This document shows positions 1-9,719 of a DNA stretch of 58,596 bases, in pieces (within the stretch, counting starts at the first letter, position 1; each line of letters begins with the position of its first letter). Source of the stretch: Gaiellaceae bacterium (GTDB lineage: Bacteria > Actinomycetota > Thermoleophilia > Gaiellales > Gaiellaceae). The stretch covers positions 1 to 58,596 of the forward strand of contig DATMAP010000050.1 in NCBI GenBank assembly GCA_035559835.1, in the 5' to 3' direction. The position numbers and the translations under genes are program-made. The notes below the pieces were generated by a model, which was not told where the DNA came from, made no database searches, and saw only the letters and a list, made by a program, of their open reading frames with translations.

Positions 1-435
1 GGCGACGGCGTCGGCCCGGTAGGCGCCGGCGCAGCGGTCGGCGGCGACCGCGGCGAGGGCCGCGGTGTCGGCGGCCAGGGCGGCGATCTCCAGGGGCACC
101 TCGGCGGCGCGGGAGAGGTGCTGCTCGAGGGCGAAGTCGCGCCGCGGGTCACCGCCGGTCTCGGCCCCCGCGAGAGCGACCAGCGCGTCGCCCCAGGCCT
201 CGGCGTCGGCCTCCGCGAGGACCACCGCCCGGTCGCGGAGCGCGAGCGCCTGCGCGGCGACGCCGGGAGCCTCGGGCCATGCGCTCTCCGAGCTGCGCGC
301 CACCATGACCACGAGGCTGGCCGCGAAGGCGAGGGTCAGCGCAGCCGCCGATCCCCCGCCCGGGGCGCCGCCGCCGGCGGCGAGATCGCGCAGGACGTCG
401 TCGAGCTGCAGCTCGAGGTAGCGCTCGGCCGTCAC
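1..435 (-). CDS. cyclodeaminase/cyclohydrolase-family protein (FTCD C-terminal-domain-like), 3' end outside window
   Basis: Absent from the ORF track because it runs off the window. Reverse translation from GTG at 435..433 reads VTAERYLELQLDDVLRDLAAGGGAPGGGSAAALTLAFAASLVVMVARS..., the PGGGSaaA...MVa signature of this family. Third codon positions are almost all G/C. Confidence 0.6.
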   Translation of the reverse strand, partial: MTAERYLELQLDDVLRDLAAGGGAPGGGSAAALTLAFAASLVVMVARSSESAWPEAPGVAAQALALRDRAVVLAEADAEAWGDALVALAGAETGGDPRRDFALEQHLSRAAEVPLEIAALAADTAALAAVAADRCAGAYRADAVA

Positions 436-442
436 GGACCGA

Positions 443-495
443 CGAGTCTACGACGCCTGCAGCGCGCGACGCGCCGAGGCCGGTCCGTAGACTCG
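443..495. promoter_or_regulatory. 10-bp inverted repeat in a divergent promoter gap
   Basis: cgagtctacg (443-452) and cgtagactcg (486-495) are exact reverse complements, 33 bp apart, between gene starts at 435 (-) and 501 (+). Confidence 0.3.
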
Positions 496-500
496 GGCCG

Positions 501-1430
501 GTGGCCCTCTACCTGAGCGAGGCCGACGTGGCCGCCCTGCTCGAGCCGGCCGACGCCCTCGAGGCGGTCGAGGGCTGCTTCCGGCGGATGGTTGCGGGCG
601 AGGTGGAGGTCGCGCCCCGGCGGCGGCTCCGGCTTCCGGAGGGGGCGCTCGCGGACATGGCCGCAGCCGACCACGAGCTCGGGCTCGCGGGCGGCAAGCT
701 GTACGCCGCTACCTCGCAGGGCGCGACCTTCGTCGTCTTCCTCTTCGACGCGATCACGTCCGAGCTCGTGGCGGTGATCGAGGCCGACCACCTCGGCCGG
801 CTGCGCACCGGGGCGGCAAGCGGCGTCGCGGCGCGGTACCTGGCGAGGCCCGGCGCGCGCACCCTGGGCGTGATCGGCTGCGGCCAGCAAGCCGAGACGC
901 AGGTCGCGTGCATCCGCGCTGCCCTCCCCAGCCTCGAGCGGACCGTCGCCTACTGCCGCACGCCCGAGCGCCTGGCGGCGTTCTGCGCGCGCACCGGCGC
1001 CCAGCCTGCCGAGAGCCACCGCGAGGCGGGCGAGCAGGACGTCGTCGTCACCATCACGACCTCGCGCGACCCGGTCCTGCGCGGGGAGTGGCTGCGGGCG
1101 GGCGCGCTCGTCGTCGCCGCCGGCGCCAACGTCGTCACCCGGCGGGAGCTGGACAACGCCGTCCTCGAGCGGGCCCGCTTCGTCTGCTGCGACCTTCTCG
1201 AGCAGGCGAGGCTCGAGTCGGGAGACCTCGTCGAGCCGGTGCAGGCCGGCGTGCTCGACTGGCTCGAGGTGCACGAGCTGCACGAGGTGGTCGCCGGGGA
1301 GGTGCCTGGTCGCCAAGCCGAGGACGACGTCGTCGTCTTCAAGTCGAACGGGATCGCCGCCTGGGACGTCGCCCTCGGGGCCGAGGCGCTGCGGCGGGCG
1401 CGCGAGCGGGGACTGGGCCGGGAGCTCTAG
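501..1430 (+). CDS. ornithine cyclodeaminase / mu-crystallin family protein
   Basis: 309-aa ORF with GTG start. Rossmann motif GVIGCGQQA and family-typical TITTSRDPVL and KSNGIAAWD segments. Confidence 0.85.
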   Translation: MALYLSEADVAALLEPADALEAVEGCFRRMVAGEVEVAPRRRLRLPEGALADMAAADHELGLAGGKLYAATSQGATFVVFLFDAITSELVAVIEADHLGRLRTGAASGVAARYLARPGARTLGVIGCGQQAETQVACIRAALPSLERTVAYCRTPERLAAFCARTGAQPAESHREAGEQDVVVTITTSRDPVLRGEWLRAGALVVAAGANVVTRRELDNAVLERARFVCCDLLEQARLESGDLVEPVQAGVLDWLEVHELHEVVAGEVPGRQAEDDVVVFKSNGIAAWDVALGAEALRRARERGLGREL

Positions 1431-1684
1431 GCGGCGCTGGAGCCGGCGCCGAGCGAGGCCTTCGCGGCCTCCAGCATGTCGCCTGAGATGGCGGACATGA
1501 TCTCCGGCCGGTCGAGGAGTCGCTTCTGCTGCTCGGGGGTGAGCCGGTTCTGGACGTAGCGGTCCTGGAGGATCTCCTGCAGGGCGCGACCGCGGTCGTG
1601 CTCGCGGATCACGTACATGGCGACCCGCTCCTCGGCGGAGCTGCGCTGGAAGAGGAAGGAGAAGAGGTTCTTGAAGATCGCCAC
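1427..1684 (-). CDS. hypothetical small protein (85 aa)
   Basis: GTG-start ORF with coding-like composition (MAIFKNLFSFLFQ...YVIREHDRGRALQEILQDRYVQNRL). 4-nt overlap with the stop of the convergent cyclodeaminase-family gene. No family recognised. Confidence 0.45.
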   Translation of the reverse strand: MAIFKNLFSFLFQRSSAEERVAMYVIREHDRGRALQEILQDRYVQNRLTPEQQKRLLDRPEIMSAISGDMLEAAKASLGAGSSAA

Positions 1685-1707
1685 GCGACGCGATTGTATC
1701 CCCGGGG

Positions 1708-2049
1708 ATGAGGAGGCCGTCTCGCGAGGGTCGCTACGCCGAGCGGGTGCTCACCGGCGTCGACGAGCGCGGCGAGGAGGAGCGGATCGTCCTCTGGATC
1801 GAGCGGCGGCCGGGGGCGCTCTGGGTGGTCGGGCGCTCGGTCAACCCGCACCTGCGCCCGTCGGACGAGCCTCGGCCGGAGGACGTCGTCTTCGAGGGGT
1901 ACGAGCTGGAGGACGCGCTCGAGCACGCGAACGAAGCGCTCGAGGACGAGGTGAGGGTGCTGGAGGAGGACGGCTTCCCGGCCGACGCGCGCCCGTTCAC
2001 GCGCAAGGAGGTCCTCCCTCTGCTCGAGCGCTGGTTCTTCGGCCGCTGA
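1708..2049 (+). CDS. hypothetical protein (113 aa)
   Basis: ATG ORF with very high GC3 and balanced acidic/basic composition, unlike the Arg/Pro-rich shadow frames. No family recognised. Confidence 0.55.
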   Translation: MRRPSREGRYAERVLTGVDERGEEERIVLWIERRPGALWVVGRSVNPHLRPSDEPRPEDVVFEGYELEDALEHANEALEDEVRVLEEDGFPADARPFTRKEVLPLLERWFFGR

Positions 2050-2105
2050 CGCCGCTCGCCGGCGCTCGGGCTCCCGCCGGGCAGAGCCCGGCTCCGCCCG
2101 GCGCC
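2050..2105. repeat. REP-like 56-nt palindromic element, copy A
   Basis: Identical 56-mer to 2222-2277. Contains the imperfect hairpin ggcgc-t-cgggc-tccc-gccggg-cagag-cccggc-tcc-gcccg-gcgcc (2061-2105). Starts 1 nt after the stop of the 1708-2049 gene. Confidence 0.8.
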
Positions 2106-2195
2106 TGACGCCGCGCGCGGCAGGATGCTTCGCGCTCGTCGCGGGTCCGTACCCCACGTACTGTCCCCGCTCCTCGCGCTCGCCTCCTTTGCGCG

Positions 2196-2291
2196 CGGCG
2201 CCCGAGCGACGTCAGACCTGGCGCCGCTCGCCGGCGCTCGGGCTCCCGCCGGGCAGAGCCCGGCTCCGCCCGGCGCCCGAGCGACGTCAGA
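2196..2291. repeat. 75-bp tandem duplication (about 1.3 copies) embedding copy B
   Basis: The 21-mer cggcgcccgagcgacgtcaga occurs at 2196-2216 and 2271-2291, bracketing REP copy B. Confidence 0.7.
2222..2277. repeat. REP-like 56-nt palindromic element, copy B
   Basis: Exact direct copy of 2050-2105, 172 bp downstream. Hairpin part 2233-2277. Confidence 0.8.
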
Positions 2292-2346
2292 TCGCAACCG
2301 TCACCTCTGCGGCGCCTGCGGACGCAGTGGTAGCGTCCTGCGCCTC

Positions 2347-3174
2347 GTGCACATCCGCGTCGGTCACAGCCCCGATCCCGACGACGCGTTCATGTTCTGG
2401 GCGCTCACCGCCGGCCTGGTGGACACCCGCGGCCACGTGTTCGAGCAGGTGCTGGCCGACATCGAGACGCTCAACCTGTGGGCGCGGGCGGGCCGCCTGG
2501 AGGTGACGGCGATCTCGCTCGCCGCGTACCCCTTCGTCCAGGAGGACTACGCGCTGCTCCCACACGGGGCGAGCATGGGCGCAGGCTACGGGCCTATCGT
2601 CGTCGCCCGCCGGCCTGTCTCCCGCGGCGAGCTCGCCGAGCTCGAGATCGTGGTGCCGGGGGCGCTGACGACCGCTTTCCTCGCGCTCCGGCTCGTCCTC
2701 GGCGACTTCCGCTACCGCGAGCTCCCCTTCGCCGAGATCCCCGCCGAGGTCGCCGAAGGTCGCGCCGAGGCCGGCCTGCTCATCCACGAGGGCCAGCTCA
2801 CCTTCGAGGACTACGGGCTCGTCAAGGTGCTCGACCTGGGCGAGTGGTGGCTGCTCGAGACGGGGCTGCCGCTGCCGCTGGGCGTCAACGTCGCGCGGCG
2901 CGACCTCGGGGAGGAGGTCCTGGCCGACGTCTCGGCGGTGCTCCGGGAGTCGATCCAGTGCGGGCTCGACCACCGGGCCGAGGCGCTCGAGTACGCGCTC
3001 CAGTTCGGGCGCGGGATCGACGTCGCCGTCGCCGACCGCTTCGTCTCCATGTACGTCAACGAGCTGACGCAGGACTACGGGGACGAGGGCCGCAAGGCGG
3101 TGACGGAGCTCCTTCGCCGCGGCGAGGCGCTCGGCGTCTTCCCCGCGCCGGTGCAGATCGACTTCGTCAGCTAG
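2347..3174 (+). CDS. MqnA/MqnD-family protein (futalosine-pathway menaquinone biosynthesis type)
   Basis: From GTG 2347 the product starts (M)[19 protein letters not shown]...DIETLN..., the N-terminal signature of MqnD/MqnA-like proteins. The track ORF starts at 2125, but that extension crosses the REP-like repeats and looks non-coding. Confidence 0.75.
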   Translation: MHIRVGHSPDPDDAFMFWALTAGLVDTRGHVFEQVLADIETLNLWARAGRLEVTAISLAAYPFVQEDYALLPHGASMGAGYGPIVVARRPVSRGELAELEIVVPGALTTAFLALRLVLGDFRYRELPFAEIPAEVAEGRAEAGLLIHEGQLTFEDYGLVKVLDLGEWWLLETGLPLPLGVNVARRDLGEEVLADVSAVLRESIQCGLDHRAEALEYALQFGRGIDVAVADRFVSMYVNELTQDYGDEGRKAVTELLRRGEALGVFPAPVQIDFVS

Positions 3175-3185
3175 CCTCGCGGCCG

Positions 3186-4355
<1,170 letters not shown>

Positions 4356-4365
4356 ATTGCCGGCG

Positions 4366-5838
4366 ATGGCCGTCGCGACGAGAGGGGAGTACGGGCTCTT
4401 CATCGCGGGCGAGGTCGTGGAGCCCACCTCGGGGGAGGTGCGCGAGCTCGCCGAGCCGGCGACCGGCGCCCCGCTCGCCAAGGCGGCGATGGCGGGCGAA
4501 GCGGACGTCGACCGGGCGGTCGAGGCCGCCCGCGCTGCGCTCGGGGGCGCCTGGGGGAAGACGCCGGGGACGGAACGGGCCCGCCTCCTGCACGCGCTCG
4601 CCGACCTCGTCGCCTCCAACCGGGCCGAGCTCGCCGAGCTGGAGGCGCGCAACGTGGGCAAGGCGATCTCCTCGGTGAAGGCCGAGCTGCACCAGGCGGT
4701 CGAGACCTTCCGCTTCTATGCCTCCGCGATCGCCTCCATCGGCGGCCGCTCGAACCCGATCGGCGGCTCGCTCCTCTTCTACTCGCTGAAGGAGCCGGTG
4801 GGGGTGGCGGGCCAGATCGTGCCCTGGAACTACCCGCTGATGATGGCGACCTGGAAGCTCGCGCCCGCGCTCGCGGCCGGGTGCGCGGTCGTGCTCAAGC
4901 CCGACCCGCAGACTCCGCTGACCGCCCTCCGGCTCGCCGAGCTCGCGGCCGAGGCCGGGTTCCCGGCGGGCGCGATCAACGTCGTCCCCGGCGACGGCCC
5001 CACCACGGGCGCCTACCTCGTCCGCCATCCGGGCGTGGACAAGGTCGCCTTCACCGGCTCCACGCGCACGGGCGGCGAGATCATGCGGCTCGCCTCCGAC
5101 CCCGTGAAGCGCGTCACCCTCGAGCTGGGCGGGAAGAGCCCCAACCTCGTCTTCGCCGACGCGAACCTGGAGAGCGCGCTGCCCAGCTCGGCGTGGGCGA
5201 TCTTCTACGCGGCAGGACAGAGCTGCGAGGCACGCTCCCGGCTCCTCGTCGAGCGGCGGCTCTACGACGAGGTCGTGGCGAAGATGGCCGAGTACGCCCG
5301 CTCCCTCCGCGTCGGCGACCCGCTCGACCCGGAGACGCAGATGGGCTCGCTCATCTCGACCGCGCACCGGGAGCGCGTCCACGGCTTCGTCGAGCGTGCG
5401 GTGGCCGCGGGAGCCGAGCTGCTCGCGGGGGGCGCGGTTCCCGAGGGCCCGGGGGCCTTCTACCCGCCGACGGTCGTCGCCACCCCCTCGAACGACCTCG
5501 AGATCGCGCAGGAGGAGGTGTTCGGCCCGGTCGTGAGCGTGATCCCGTTCGAGGACGAGGAGGAGGCGATCCGGCTCGCCAACGACGTCCGCTACGGGCT
5601 CTTCGCCACCGTGTGGACCGGCGATCCCGCGCGCGGCCACAGGGTCGCGGCGCGGATCCGCTCGGGCTCGGTGGGGATCAACATGCCCTACACGGCCTTC
5701 CCCGGGGTCCCCTTCGGCGGCTACAAGCAGTCCGGCTTCGGGCGCGAGCTGGCGCTGGAGACGCTCGAGCTCTACCTGGAGACGAAGAGCGTGCTCGTCT
5801 CCACCGGCTCGCGGCCGATCAACCCCTTCGGGCTGTAG
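4366..5838 (+). CDS. NAD(P)-dependent aldehyde dehydrogenase
   Basis: Motifs VPWNYPL, FTGSTRTG, LELGGKSP, catalytic GQSCEA, EEVFGPV. ATG 4366 preferred over TTG 4357. Confidence 0.9.
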   Translation: MAVATRGEYGLFIAGEVVEPTSGEVRELAEPATGAPLAKAAMAGEADVDRAVEAARAALGGAWGKTPGTERARLLHALADLVASNRAELAELEARNVGKAISSVKAELHQAVETFRFYASAIASIGGRSNPIGGSLLFYSLKEPVGVAGQIVPWNYPLMMATWKLAPALAAGCAVVLKPDPQTPLTALRLAELAAEAGFPAGAINVVPGDGPTTGAYLVRHPGVDKVAFTGSTRTGGEIMRLASDPVKRVTLELGGKSPNLVFADANLESALPSSAWAIFYAAGQSCEARSRLLVERRLYDEVVAKMAEYARSLRVGDPLDPETQMGSLISTAHRERVHGFVERAVAAGAELLAGGAVPEGPGAFYPPTVVATPSNDLEIAQEEVFGPVVSVIPFEDEEEAIRLANDVRYGLFATVWTGDPARGHRVAARIRSGSVGINMPYTAFPGVPFGGYKQSGFGRELALETLELYLETKSVLVSTGSRPINPFGL

Positions 5839-5843
5839 AGCCG

Positions 5844-5871
5844 GGGGAAGCCGGCCGGGACCGGCTTCCCC
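5844..5871. terminator. bidirectional intrinsic-terminator-like hairpin
   Basis: ggggaagccgg-ccggga-ccggcttcccc: 11-bp perfect stem between the convergent aldehyde dehydrogenase (stop 5838) and GYD (stop 5877) genes. Confidence 0.6.
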
Positions 5872-5876
5872 GGGGC

Positions 5877-6215
5877 TCAGGCGTGCACCGCCGCGCCGGG
5901 CGCCGTGTAGGCGACCTCGCCGGCCTTCTCCAGCGCCTCGAGCAGCTCGCCCTGCGTCATGAGGACGTGCGTCTCGAACTTCCGGAACGCGCCGCTGGAC
6001 GTGATCGCGATCGAGAGCCCGGCCGCCGTCGTCGTGTCCGGGGCCTCGATCAGCGCGAACCCGTCGCTCTCGCCGAACGCGTACCACAGGTTGTGGAGCT
6101 TGCAGCCGGCGTCCTCGAGGATCCGGCGAACCGTCTCCTCGCGGTTCTCGGGGCTCTTGACGAGCCCGGCCCACGCCTCCGGCGTGTAGCCGAACTCGAC
6201 CAGGTAGAGGGGCAT
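5877..6215 (-). CDS. GYD domain protein
   Basis: Internal ATG at 6215 gives MPLYLVEFGYTPEAWAGLVKSPENREE...FGESDGFALIEAPD, the typical GYD family sequence. AGGAGG-type RBS (cctcct on + strand at 6221-6226). Confidence 0.8.
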   Translation of the reverse strand: MPLYLVEFGYTPEAWAGLVKSPENREETVRRILEDAGCKLHNLWYAFGESDGFALIEAPDTTTAAGLSIAITSSGAFRKFETHVLMTQGELLEALEKAGEVAYTAPGAAVHA

Positions 6216-6392
6216 GGCGGCCTCCTTTCGACCAGCCGTCGTGAGGCTCGGCGCGATCATGCACCATCGTGGCGATCGGCGCAAGCGGCCCGAGCTGCCG
6301 CTGCAGGCCCGGCGCGCCGGCGAGACCCGGGCTCGCGCGCTCGGACGCACGGGCTCTCGCCGTGGCCGCCGTGCGGGACTAGGGTCTCGGGG

Positions 6393-7412
6393 ATGTCACG
6401 CGTCAGCGAGCGCCTCGAGGAGCTGTACGTGCTCGGCGGCGGGCCGGGCGCGAACCGGCCCTACGGGAGCGCGGCCGAGGACGAGGCGCACGCGCGCGCT
6501 GCCGCGTGGATGCGAGCCGCGGGCCTCGCCGTCGAGGTCGACCGCGCGGGCAACCTCGTCGGGCGGACGGGCCGCAGCGACGACGTCTGGGTCGGCTCCC
6601 ATCTCGACTCGGTGCCGCAGGGAGGGCGGTTCGACGGGGCGCTCGGCGTGGTGGCCGCGCTCGAGGCCGTCGAGCGCGTGGGCGCTGGAGCGGTGGCCGT
6701 CTTCCGCGGGGAGGAGGTCGGGTGCGTCGGCAGCCGCGCTCTCGTCGCCTCCGGCGGGCCGCTGCCGCGCACCTTCCTCGAGCTGCACATCGAGCAGGGA
6801 CCCGTGCTCGCCGAGCGCGGCGTGCCGCTCGGGGTCGTCACCGGGATCGTGGGCTACGCGCGCGGCGAGCTGACCTTCCTCGGTCGGCCGGGCCATGCGG
6901 GGACGACGCCGATGGCCGGCCGCGCGGACGCGCTCGTCGCCGCGGCCGCCGAGATCCTCCGCATCCGCGACGCCGCGCTCGCGATCGAGGGCGCCGTCGC
7001 GACTGTCGGCACGCTCGAGGTCGAGCCCGGCGGGGTCAACGTCGTCCCCGGGCGTGTGCGGCTCAGCGTCGACGTGCGCGCGCCCGACGCCGAGCGGCTC
7101 GACGCCCTGATCCGCGCCATCGGGCTCGAGCCTGAGCTTCGCGTCGAGCCCGTGCCCTTCCGGGGCGAGGCGCGCGAGGCGCTGCTCGAGGCGCTCCGGG
7201 AGCGCGGCCTCGAGCCCGTCGAGCTGCCCTCGGGCGCCGGGCACGACGCCGGGATCCTGGCGGCGGCCGGCGTGGATGCGGGGATGCTCTTCGTGCGCAG
7301 CCTGCACGGGGGCGTCAGCCACTCTCCGGACGAGCTCTCGAGCCCGGAGGACGTGGCGCTCGCGGTGGACGTGCTCGCGGCGGCGCTCGCGCGGCTCGCT
7401 AGGCCTCTCTGA
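6393..7412 (+). CDS. M20-family Zn amidohydrolase (allantoate amidohydrolase / N-carbamoyl-amino-acid hydrolase type)
   Basis: ATG 6393 gives MSRVSERLEELYVLGGG...GSHLDSVPQGGRFDGALGV...GRPGHAGTTPM...GAGHDAG, typical of AllC/AmaB-like hydrolases. Sits at the edge of the purine cluster. Confidence 0.8.
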   Translation: MSRVSERLEELYVLGGGPGANRPYGSAAEDEAHARAAAWMRAAGLAVEVDRAGNLVGRTGRSDDVWVGSHLDSVPQGGRFDGALGVVAALEAVERVGAGAVAVFRGEEVGCVGSRALVASGGPLPRTFLELHIEQGPVLAERGVPLGVVTGIVGYARGELTFLGRPGHAGTTPMAGRADALVAAAAEILRIRDAALAIEGAVATVGTLEVEPGGVNVVPGRVRLSVDVRAPDAERLDALIRAIGLEPELRVEPVPFRGEAREALLEALRERGLEPVELPSGAGHDAGILAAAGVDAGMLFVRSLHGGVSHSPDELSSPEDVALAVDVLAAALARLARPL

Positions 7413-7806
7413 ACGAGATCTCCTGGGCGCCCTCCCAGAGCATGCGGCGCCCCAGCTCGCGCAGGTGCTCGTGGCCTTCCACGACGGTCGCGAAGTGGTT
7501 TCCGGCCAGCGCGCCCGCCTTGCTCGCGAAGGCGACGTAGCCGTACGCGAGCAGGAGCTCCGTCTCGCTGATGCCGCCCGGGTAGAAGATCAGCTCCCCG
7601 GGGCTCGGGTAGCGCGTCGCGTTCTCGGGGCCGAGACCGAGGTCGAGGTCGCCCATCGGGATCCACCCGCCCTCACCCGACCAGCGCACGTGGATGATCT
7701 GCGAGTCGAGCGGGAGCAACCTGCGGAACGCGGCCACGGTCTGCGGCGCGGCCTCCTCCTCGAAGCGGGCGACGAAGCGGAGGCCCGAGGCGGTGATCTC
7801 GAGCAT
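7399..7806 (-). CDS. DUF3830-like (cyclophilin-like fold) protein
   Basis: Internal ATG 7806 gives MLEITASGLRFVARFEEEAAPQTVAAFRRLLP...IHVRWSGEGGWIP. Last gene of the minus-strand urate operon. Family assignment is from memory of DUF3830 N-termini. Confidence 0.6.
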   Translation of the reverse strand: MLEITASGLRFVARFEEEAAPQTVAAFRRLLPLDSQIIHVRWSGEGGWIPMGDLDLGLGPENATRYPSPGELIFYPGGISETELLLAYGYVAFASKAGALAGNHFATVVEGHEHLRELGRRMLWEGAQEISFREA

Positions 7807-7816
7807 GGGGCCGATC

Positions 7817-9013
7817 CTACTTTCCGGCGACCGCGGCCACGTACGCGGCCACGTCGGCGATCTGCGTCTCGTCGAGCCGGCCGCGGAAGGAGGGCATCGC
7901 CCCCCGCCCGTTCGTGACCCGCTCGACGACGAGCTCGGCGGAGGGCCGGGCTGCGTCGAGGCTCGGGCCCACCCGGCCCGACGCGCCGGCATCCGCGAGC
8001 GCGTGGCACGCGCCGCAGCCGGCCGAGGCGAACACGGCCCTCCCTGCGGCGGGGTCGCCGCTCGGCGTGGGGGCCGTGTCGCCGTCGGGCTCGATCGCGA
8101 CCGCCAGCGCGACGACGGCGATCCCTGCGGCGACCGGCATCCACCAGTGCGTGCGGCCGGCGTGCCGCAGGTTGTAGAAGAGCCGCACCCAGGCGCCGAG
8201 CAGCATCAGCGCGACGAGCACGAGCCAGGGGCGCGCGGTCTGGTAGAGGAAGGGGAAGTGCGCGGCGAGCATCGTCAGCAACACCGGCAGGGTCAGGTAG
8301 TTGTTGTGCACGGAGCGCCGCTTCGCCGCGAGGCCCGGCGCGGGATCCGGCTCGCGTCCGGCCTCCTTGGCGCGAATGAGCTCCCAGTGGGCGGGGATGA
8401 TCGAGAAGAGGACGTTCGCGGCCATGATCGTCCCCAGCATCGCGCCGACCTGCAGGAAGGCCGCGCGCGGGGCGAACAGCTCGCCCGCTCCCCACGCGGC
8501 GACGGCCGTGAGCGCGACGAGGCAGCCCGCGAGGACGAGCTCTCGCCCTCCGAGCAGCCGGCAGAGGACGTCGTACGCGAGCCAGGCGGCCACCAGGAGC
8601 CCGGCGCTGAGGCCCACTGCTTCGCCCGTGGAGAGATCGGCGACGGCCGGATCGACGAGGTTCGCCCGCGCGTCGAGGTAGTAGAGGACGACGAGGAGGG
8701 CGAAGCCGGAGAGCCAGGTCGTGTAGGCCTCCCACTTGAACCAGGCGAGGTGGTCGGGGAGCTGCGGGGGAGCGACGCGGTAGCGCTGCACGTGGTAGAA
8801 GCCGCCGCCGTGCACCTCCCAGAGCTCCCCGCCGACGCCCGCCTCGGCGTCCTCGGGGCGCTTCGGCGGTCGCAGCGACTGGTCGAGGAGCACGAAGTAG
8901 AAGGACGTCCCGATCCAGGCGATCGCCGCGATCACGTGCAGCCAGCGCAGGAGGAGGTCGAGCCAGTCCCGCAGGTAGGCGTCGAGGGCGAGCGGGAGGA
9001 GCGCCGAGCTCAC
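7817..9013 (-). CDS. puuD: urate hydroxylase PuuD (polytopic membrane protein with C-terminal cytochrome c domain)
   Basis: N-terminal WLHVIAAIAWIGTSFYFVLLD motif and several TM helices. C-terminal CGACH haem-c site. Adjacent to OHCU decarboxylase and HIU hydrolase genes. Confidence 0.8.
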   Translation of the reverse strand: MSSALLPLALDAYLRDWLDLLLRWLHVIAAIAWIGTSFYFVLLDQSLRPPKRPEDAEAGVGGELWEVHGGGFYHVQRYRVAPPQLPDHLAWFKWEAYTTWLSGFALLVVLYYLDARANLVDPAVADLSTGEAVGLSAGLLVAAWLAYDVLCRLLGGRELVLAGCLVALTAVAAWGAGELFAPRAAFLQVGAMLGTIMAANVLFSIIPAHWELIRAKEAGREPDPAPGLAAKRRSVHNNYLTLPVLLTMLAAHFPFLYQTARPWLVLVALMLLGAWVRLFYNLRHAGRTHWWMPVAAGIAVVALAVAIEPDGDTAPTPSGDPAAGRAVFASAGCGACHALADAGASGRVGPSLDAARPSAELVVERVTNGRGAMPSFRGRLDETQIADVAAYVAAVAGK

Positions 9014-9450
9014 GAGCGCTCCCAGCGGTCCCGTGCGATCGCGACCAGCTCGCGGCAGCCGGTCGCGAGCTCCTCCGCCCGGGTCCTCCCGAGCCGCTCG
9101 CGCAGGATCTCCAGGATCTCGCGCTTGGAGCGGCGGTTCACGAAGACGACGAAGCGGAAGCCGAAGCGCTCTTCGTAGGCGCGGTTCAGGCGGGCGAGCT
9201 CGGCGAGGACGACGGGGTCGGCGTCGTCGCCCTGCTCGGCGGCCGAGCGCGCCGAGAGCCCGCTGCGCTGGCCGATCGCGGGATGGGCCGAGAGCGCCTC
9301 CAGCTGCTCCTCCTCGCTCAGCGCGGCGAGCACCTCCCCGGCGCGTCCGAGCGGGTCCTCGATCTCCGCGAGGCGCTCGACCAGCCGCGTGCGCCCCTCG
9401 AAGAGCTCGGCCAGCTCGTCTGCGCTCAGCTGCCGCGGTAGCTCGCGCAT
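9010..9450 (-). CDS. uraD: 2-oxo-4-hydroxy-4-carboxy-5-ureidoimidazoline (OHCU) decarboxylase
   Basis: 146 aa. ...LSAHPAIGQR...YEERFGFRFVVFVNRRSK.EIL... matches the OHCU decarboxylase signature. GTGA overlap with puuD. Confidence 0.85.
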   Translation of the reverse strand: MRELPRQLSADELAELFEGRTRLVERLAEIEDPLGRAGEVLAALSEEEQLEALSAHPAIGQRSGLSARSAAEQGDDADPVVLAELARLNRAYEERFGFRFVVFVNRRSKREILEILRERLGRTRAEELATGCRELVAIARDRWERS

Positions 9451-9719
9451 CCGTAGGGCGAGACGAGGAGGGGAACGTGGTAGTGGCCCTCGGACAGCTC
9501 GATCTGGAGCTCGACGCGGGTGAAGAACGGCGAGGGCGGGTGGAACACGAGCGAGTAGCTCCCCGGCTCGAGCCCTCCGGCGAGGTGGGGGATCCTGCCG
9601 TCGGCGTCCGTCTCTCCGGAGGCGACTCGAGCGCCGTCCAGGACCAGCTCGACCCGGACTCCGCGCGCGGGCTCGCCGCGGCCGGTGTCGAGCACGTGGG
9701 TGGACACCGAGACGCTCAC
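9426..9719 (-). CDS. uraH: 5-hydroxyisourate hydrolase (transthyretin-like)
   Basis: GTG 9719 gives (M)SVSVSTHVLDTGRGEPARGVRVEL...HYHVPLLVSPYGCASYRGS. STHVLD start and C-terminal YRGS are diagnostic. Confidence 0.85.
   Translation of the reverse strand: MSVSVSTHVLDTGRGEPARGVRVELVLDGARVASGETDADGRIPHLAGGLEPGSYSLVFHPPSPFFTRVELQIELSEGHYHVPLLVSPYGCASYRGS

Noticed and set aside
2125-2346. N-terminal 74-codon extension of the MqnD-like ORF
   Set aside because: The extension runs through the REP-like repeats and reads as repeat-derived low complexity. The family-typical N-terminus ([12 protein letters not shown]) follows the GTG at 2347.
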